From: Candidatus Gottesmanbacteria bacterium UBA6580 | GTDB taxonomy: Bacteria; Patescibacteriota; Microgenomatia; UBA10105; UBA927 | NCBI GenBank assembly: GCA_002433895.1 | Contig: DJJA01000006.1 | Span: 40,630 to 104,629 of the forward strand | Length of the DNA stretch: 64,000 bases | Reading direction: 5' to 3' | In this document: positions 58,995-64,000 of the stretch, piece by piece | Numbering within the stretch: position 1 is the stretch's first letter | How the letters are laid out: each line of letters opens with the position of its first letter | Notes under the pieces: generated by a model | The model's input: only the letters and a program-made list of their open reading frames with translations | Told to the model about the DNA's origin: nothing | The model's database searches: none | Translations under genes and position numbers: made by a program

Positions 58995-60179
58995 CTATTT
59001 ATTGTAAAGCCAAGCATGTTTCATTTCAAGAAATACACCGTTTTTGATCGCTTTCCGGATATCCAAAACGAGCGTGTTTATAAAATGTATGTTATGGATA
59101 GTGGCGAGACGATACGCCAAAAGTTCCCGCACCCGGAACAAGTGATGCAGATAACTCCGGGAAAAATGAACACAGGTGTAACACGTGCAGCCAGGCTCAA
59201 TCGGTTTCGTGTCTTTTTCCCATGTTTTTTTAGTGATATCGATCTCATGCGTCTTTCCTTTTGTGACGTATAACCTGCCCATCCGCGCCAATCTGGTTGG
59301 TTGCACGCAGTCAAACGTATCCATACCGTGTTCAATAAGCGTAAATATGTCATCAATCTCGCCCACCCCCAACAAATGCCGTGGCTTATCTGCTGGCAAA
59401 TACGGCGACACCCACGACAACACATCGCGCATTTCGGTTTTTGTTTCACCCACCGACACGCCGCCTATGGCGATACCATCGACATCCAACCCGCGGACAA
59501 ACATCGCTGATGCAACCCGCAAGTCCTCATATACACTGCCTTGTATGACCCCATACAGTGCCTGATACGGCTTGTTACGCTTTGTATATGCTTTCCCTAA
59601 CCGTTTATGTTCCAACACGCTACGGAGTGCCCACCGGTGGGTTCGTTCCATAGATTTTTGCGCCTGTGCATGCGTTGCCGGATACGACGTACAATCATCA
59701 AACGCGATATGAATATCGCTTCCCAATTCCCATTGCCATCGCATGGACGACTCAGCGGTAAACATATGTATACTGCCATCCCAGTGTGAACGGAATTCCA
59801 CACCATCTTCACTGATTTTGACGAGCGACGGCCGGTCTTCACCACGATCCTGCGGCGTATACTTCGGACGGGCTAATGAAAACACCTGAAATCCCCCACT
59901 GTCCGTAATAATCGGACCGGGCCAGCCCATAAACTTGTGCAGCCCGCCGAATTTATTCATCACCGAAAGACCCGGCCGCAGATACGCGTGATAGGTATTT
60001 ACAAAAAATAAACGGACACCTAAGGTATCCAATTCATCGGGGCTTAAGGACTTTACGCTCGCCTGGGTTCCTACGGGCACAAACGCGGGAGTTTCAATGG
60101 TGCCGTGCGGCGTCGTTATCACTCCTAACCGCGCAAGGGTTTTCTTGTCTTGTTTGCGTACAATGAAGCTAAATGCCAT
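58995..60179 (-). CDS. tgt: tRNA-guanine transglycosylase
   Basis: TPAFVPVGT, TDSGGFQVFSL, DCVQPTR.AR, CTCYTC, HN. Confidence 0.96.
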   Translation of the reverse strand: MAFSFIVRKQDKKTLARLGVITTPHGTIETPAFVPVGTQASVKSLSPDELDTLGVRLFFVNTYHAYLRPGLSVMNKFGGLHKFMGWPGPIITDSGGFQVFSLARPKYTPQDRGEDRPSLVKISEDGVEFRSHWDGSIHMFTAESSMRWQWELGSDIHIAFDDCTSYPATHAQAQKSMERTHRWALRSVLEHKRLGKAYTKRNKPYQALYGVIQGSVYEDLRVASAMFVRGLDVDGIAIGGVSVGETKTEMRDVLSWVSPYLPADKPRHLLGVGEIDDIFTLIEHGMDTFDCVQPTRLARMGRLYVTKGKTHEIDITKKTWEKDTKPIEPGCTCYTCVHFSRSYLHHLFRVRELLAYRLATIHNIHFINTLVLDIRKAIKNGVFLEMKHAWLYNK

Positions 60180-60200
60180 CCTTGGATTGTACCATACGGT

Positions 60201-61922
60201 TTATCCAATCCCGTGCTCTATCTTGAGCCTGCTCATTTTTCCCGCCATTTCCTCCGGAGGAACGCCAAAGTCATTTAGCAGTTTGTTGACAATCGTAAGC
60301 GCTGCTTCAAATTCGGGCTGGATCACCGTCTGCACACCAAGCGATTTCAGGTGCCGCTGGTCTTCTTCATGGTGCGTTCTACAAATAATTTTTATCCGGC
60401 GGTTTAACGATAATGCGTTTCCTATGACCATCTCCTGGGTATGTCTGTCAGGAATTGCGATAATAATTGATTTCGCAAGGTCTACCTGCGCGTAATCTAA
60501 CACATCTTTATCAGCAGGGTCTCCGTATATAGTCTGGATCCCTGAACCACGGAGGCCTGCGAGCGTATGCTGGTTGTAATCCACCACCAAAAACGGCACG
60601 TTGCTCATCTGCAACGCGCGGCCGATATACTTTCCCACCCTGCCATAACCGCAAATCACCACGTGATCCTGTATCGGATATCCTGTGTCCCGTGGCACTT
60701 CTTCCTCTTTATCCCGGAACGTTTTAGGGATTTTTTTAAGAAAATTATGCACAAAATAATATGCTTTATGCCCATTACTGATAAGCGGACTGGAAATAAG
60801 TATTGTGATAAATGTGACGGCAACAAGCAGTGATGACTGCGCTTCGGAAAGCGCACCGAGCGCTATCCCCATACCGGCGATGATAAAGCCGAACTCACTG
60901 ACCTGGGTGAGATAAATACCTACCAAAAACGCTGTCTTACGGTGATACCCCAAAAACCGAAGTAATGTATAAATACTCCCGCCTTTAACCAAAATTACCG
61001 CGATCGTCATGACAATGATCACCGGAAGCGACGATACCAGGGCAGAAACCGGCAGTGCCATACCCAACGACACAAAAAATACCACCGCAAACAAATCCCG
61101 TAATGGCCGTATCTCTGCAAACACCGCGTGATTCTGGCTTGTTTCCGCAACCAGCAGCCCCGCTATAAACGCCCCGAGGGATACTGAAAGTCCCACCGCG
61201 TACGTCAAGAGCCCGACCAAAAACACAATACCTATAGTCGTCAGGAGAAATAACTCCCGATTTTTAAACCCCGCAACTGCACCAAGGAGTTTCGGCACAC
61301 CCCGGCTGCCTAGGTACAGCACCACAAGGATCAACACGCTCGCTTTGAGCATAGCAAACGCGATCGTGCCTAACACAGAAATAACCGTTCCTTCACCGTT
61401 TGCAACGGAAGAAAGCGCGGAAAGCAATATAAGTATTGGAACCACCGCCAAATCCTGCACGACTAACCATCCGGTCGATAGCTCCCCGGGTACCGAATCC
61501 AATTCCCCGCGCTCAGACAACAGCTTTACCACAATGGCGGTAGAAGAAAGCGCTGCGGCACTCGCGAGGAACAGCGCCGGGATAAACGGCGTCTTGAGCG
61601 CGATTAGCGCCAGCATGACGATAAAAAGTGTCGTTACTATCTGCCCGATGGCAGGCCAAGCAACCACATGCAGAATCCGCTTGAGCCGATGGAACGAAAA
61701 TTCCACGCCGAGTGTAAACAAAAGCAGCGTCACACCCGCTTCCGCAATCATCGTAATAAGGCGGTGGTCAAACCCCTGCGGAAATACGTTACCCACCAAT
61801 ATGCCGCCTGCTATATACCCCACAATCGAGGGAAGCCGCAACCGAACCGCGATAGCACCTCCCCCAAGAGCCGCGGCAAGGAGTAACAGAAATGTGGTTA
61901 TGAGGGATAATGAATGCTCCAT
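60201..61922 (-). CDS. CPA2 cation:proton antiporter with TrkA-N domain (Kef-like)
   Basis: LSSTAIVVK, QDLAVV, GAFIAG, SEFGF, ICGYGRVG, GDP. Confidence 0.92.
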   Translation of the reverse strand: MEHSLSLITTFLLLLAAALGGGAIAVRLRLPSIVGYIAGGILVGNVFPQGFDHRLITMIAEAGVTLLLFTLGVEFSFHRLKRILHVVAWPAIGQIVTTLFIVMLALIALKTPFIPALFLASAAALSSTAIVVKLLSERGELDSVPGELSTGWLVVQDLAVVPILILLSALSSVANGEGTVISVLGTIAFAMLKASVLILVVLYLGSRGVPKLLGAVAGFKNRELFLLTTIGIVFLVGLLTYAVGLSVSLGAFIAGLLVAETSQNHAVFAEIRPLRDLFAVVFFVSLGMALPVSALVSSLPVIIVMTIAVILVKGGSIYTLLRFLGYHRKTAFLVGIYLTQVSEFGFIIAGMGIALGALSEAQSSLLVAVTFITILISSPLISNGHKAYYFVHNFLKKIPKTFRDKEEEVPRDTGYPIQDHVVICGYGRVGKYIGRALQMSNVPFLVVDYNQHTLAGLRGSGIQTIYGDPADKDVLDYAQVDLAKSIIIAIPDRHTQEMVIGNALSLNRRIKIICRTHHEEDQRHLKSLGVQTVIQPEFEAALTIVNKLLNDFGVPPEEMAGKMSRLKIEHGIG

Positions 61923-61929
61923 TTTTGGA

Positions 61930-62679
61930 TCAGATGATACTGTTCATATCATCCGGCACCGGAGCTTCAATTGCAAGCCTGCCCGCCGCAGGCTGCGCCG
62001 GGGGCGTTGCCGCGAGGTTGTGTCCGGCAAAATCCGGATGAGCAAACTCCACCTTCCAGGCGTGCAGCATCACCCGTGGCGCCCAAACGCGGTCGTTCCT
62101 CGCGGTTTTACGGCCGGCATATTGCCAGTCGCCGACAATCGGATGATTGATGTATTTCACATGCACCCGTATCTGATGGGTACGTCCGGTCTCCGGATAT
62201 AATTCAACCAATGAAATGTCAGTTTTATGTGAATTTCCTGTACGTATCACCTTATACTTCGTCACCGCCTCTTTGCCACCCGGCACGATGCCGAACCGTT
62301 CACGGTTCCACGGTAATCTGCCGACCGGCGCCCTGATCTCCCCTTCTTCGGGAACTAATTTTCCATGAACGATAGCGAGATATGTTTTTTTCACTTCCCG
62401 TTCTTTGAATTGACGCTGCAACTCCACAAAAACAGGAATTGTTTTGGCGATCAATAAACATCCGGAAGTTTCTTTATCTATGCGGTGCACGATACCCGCC
62501 CGTTCATAAAACGCCTTCTCGTCTTCACTCGGGGTTTCGCTTTGTGTGGCATCTATCCTGGCAGCTGCCCAATCTTGCACGGTCTCACCCTTGACGGATT
62601 CGGCGTTGTTCACCACTACCCCAGGGGGTTTGTTGATTACTAGAAGAAAATTATCCTCGTAAAGAATGGGTATGTTCAC
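61930..62679 (-). CDS. RluA-family pseudouridine synthase
   Basis: INKPPG, VHRIDKETSG, TGRTHQIRVH, HPIVGD, MLHA. Confidence 0.94.
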   Translation of the reverse strand: MNIPILYEDNFLLVINKPPGVVVNNAESVKGETVQDWAAARIDATQSETPSEDEKAFYERAGIVHRIDKETSGCLLIAKTIPVFVELQRQFKEREVKKTYLAIVHGKLVPEEGEIRAPVGRLPWNRERFGIVPGGKEAVTKYKVIRTGNSHKTDISLVELYPETGRTHQIRVHVKYINHPIVGDWQYAGRKTARNDRVWAPRVMLHAWKVEFAHPDFAGHNLAATPPAQPAAGRLAIEAPVPDDMNSII

Positions 62680-63050
62680 TTTTTCCCTGCACTCGCCTTC
62701 TTCATCTCACACTGCAGACACATGGTTGCAGTCGGATGGATTGCCAACCTGTCTGTGTCTATCATGGAGCCGCACTCGGTACAGAAACCGTAGGTGCCGT
62801 CGTCGATTTTCCGCAAGGCAAGCGCGACATCTTCTGCTTGTTTTTTGAGTTCATCAACGAGCGCCGATACCCGGTCATGATTACTTTCTTCACTGGCTTC
62901 AGCATCGCTCGCGGCGTTGTCTACAGTTCTGCCCGGATCACTAAACGGATCCTGACCAGAAAGTTCCTCTATACGGGTAGCTAACCGTGTTTGCTCATCG
63001 AGAAGATGCGCCTTGATTTCACTGAGTGTTTCTGCGGGAAACTGATTCAT
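62676..63050 (-). CDS. TraR/DksA C4-type zinc-finger protein
   Basis: ALRKIDDGTYGFCTECG.MI...RL...P.A.MC.QC. Confidence 0.9.
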   Translation of the reverse strand: MNQFPAETLSEIKAHLLDEQTRLATRIEELSGQDPFSDPGRTVDNAASDAEASEESNHDRVSALVDELKKQAEDVALALRKIDDGTYGFCTECGSMIDTDRLAIHPTATMCLQCEMKKASAGKK

Positions 63051-63861
63051 GTAATTTCTTTCCTTTCTCTGTAAAAAAATTTATGGTCTTTTGTACAATA
63101 GGGCGCAAACGTTCCCGTCCACCACCCCGCACATATAATACACCAACGCATTCAGCAAAAATGCCAATCAAAATCCATTGATTGGCGCTTAATGTCTTCC
63201 AGTATACACGAGCATCTTTCACAAATTCAAGCAGGAACCCGCTCACTGCGTACAACAGGATAAACCAAACACCTACTATCCCGTACGGCCATTTCCGCTT
63301 GAGCGACACGCTGTTTAACTTCATCATAATAAGGGAAATCAGAATAAGCGAAATCATTTCATACAACTGAACCGGATGCCGCACCGTAGTATCACTCCCT
63401 ATCCGCAGCCCCCAAGGCAGTGTGGTAATTGTGCCGACTTCCGATCCAGTAAGCAGTGAACCGGCAAGCACAAGAATAATCGGCAGTGGCAATGCGGTAA
63501 CTAATGTATCCAACACTAATCCAAGCCGGACTTTGTATTGACGGCTCAGCACCGTGAGCACCGCAAGTCCTCCCACGAGCCCCGTAAGCCATGACAATCC
63601 CGGAGAAACCCACAAGGCCGCAATGAGGAGCCAGGACTTACCCGCAAAAAGCTCCCAATGCATAAACACAAACCCTATACGAGCCGTAATAAATGCGGCG
63701 AGGGTACTATAAAATGTCAGATCAAAAATCCGGTCCTCCTCCACCGCGAAGTGCCGGAGTCCACGCCAAAATAGGAATGAAAAAATAAGCCACGCCACCA
63801 CAATAATGGTGTTTAGAACAATAATTCCTCCATGATCTATCGGAATAATGGTCGGTATCAT
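63019..63861 (-). CDS. Lgt-like membrane protein (catalytic residues degenerate)
   Basis: ARIGFV, LPWG, RHPVQLYE, FLLEF, SANQW. Confidence 0.75.
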   Translation of the reverse strand: MIPTIIPIDHGGIIVLNTIIVVAWLIFSFLFWRGLRHFAVEEDRIFDLTFYSTLAAFITARIGFVFMHWELFAGKSWLLIAALWVSPGLSWLTGLVGGLAVLTVLSRQYKVRLGLVLDTLVTALPLPIILVLAGSLLTGSEVGTITTLPWGLRIGSDTTVRHPVQLYEMISLILISLIMMKLNSVSLKRKWPYGIVGVWFILLYAVSGFLLEFVKDARVYWKTLSANQWILIGIFAECVGVLYVRGGGRERLRPIVQKTINFFTEKGKKLHESVSRRNTQ

Positions 63862-64000
63862 GCGTTTCCTTTATGTATCCCCGAAACATCGGTGTGCCGG
63901 ACAACCTGCCGGTATAACCCATATAATGTTACCACGAGACCTAACAAAAAAATAACATTGCCCACGCCGATAAGGTCAGCCAATACACCGCTTACGACAA
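63858..64000 (-). CDS. C-terminal fragment of a probable MFS transporter (continues beyond the window)
   Basis: Hand translation ...VVSGVLADLIGVGNVIFLLGLVVTLYGLYRQ...GNA*. Stop overlaps the lgt-like ATG. Confidence 0.6.
   Translation of the reverse strand, partial: VVSGVLADLIGVGNVIFLLGLVVTLYGLYRQVVRHTDVSGIHKGNA

Noticed and set aside
61345-62202. 285-aa plus-strand ORF, and similar long antisense ORFs at 38626-39375 and 16337-17008
   Set aside because: Shadow ORFs opposite well-supported genes, with no motifs.

Overview
Gene-dense bacterial chromosome segment read in standard code 11. The features point to a Patescibacteria/CPR genome, probably Microgenomates (inference): short PheT, no rimM in the rpsP-khpA-trmD run, a type IV pilus cluster with no secretin, a sortase, VLG-motif surface proteins and many apparently leaderless genes. 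In order it contains: a sortase locus with a giant LPATG adhesin; an ABC exporter; thrS-infC-rpmI-rplT-pheS-pheT; a class A PBP; tyrS; recG; rpmF-nusB-rnc-rpsP-khpA-trmD; a 15-kb type IV pilus cluster with two embedded GT-C glycosyltransferases; holB-like, gyrB, ppa, gyrA; orphan ORFs; two SIMPL genes around folD; a C39 peptidase; a xerC / isocyanide-synthase-like / ATP-grasp operon; a 1.28-kb repeat-bearing non-coding region; then yebC, tgt, a Kef-type antiporter, rluA, dksA-like and lgt-like genes. Top signals: (1) complete ribosome-stalling attenuators with Phe-rich and Tyr-rich leader peptides ahead of pheS and tyrS, each followed by a small orphan ORF that has a perfect SD and lacks the sensed amino acid, plus a T-box-like element ahead of thrS; (2) a divergent PvcA/Dit1-like isocyanide synthase next to an ATP-grasp ligase; (3) a 102-bp palindromic element inserted in frame into a prepilin leader. 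No rRNA, tRNA, CRISPR array or transposase was seen. All annotation is by eye and no searches were run.
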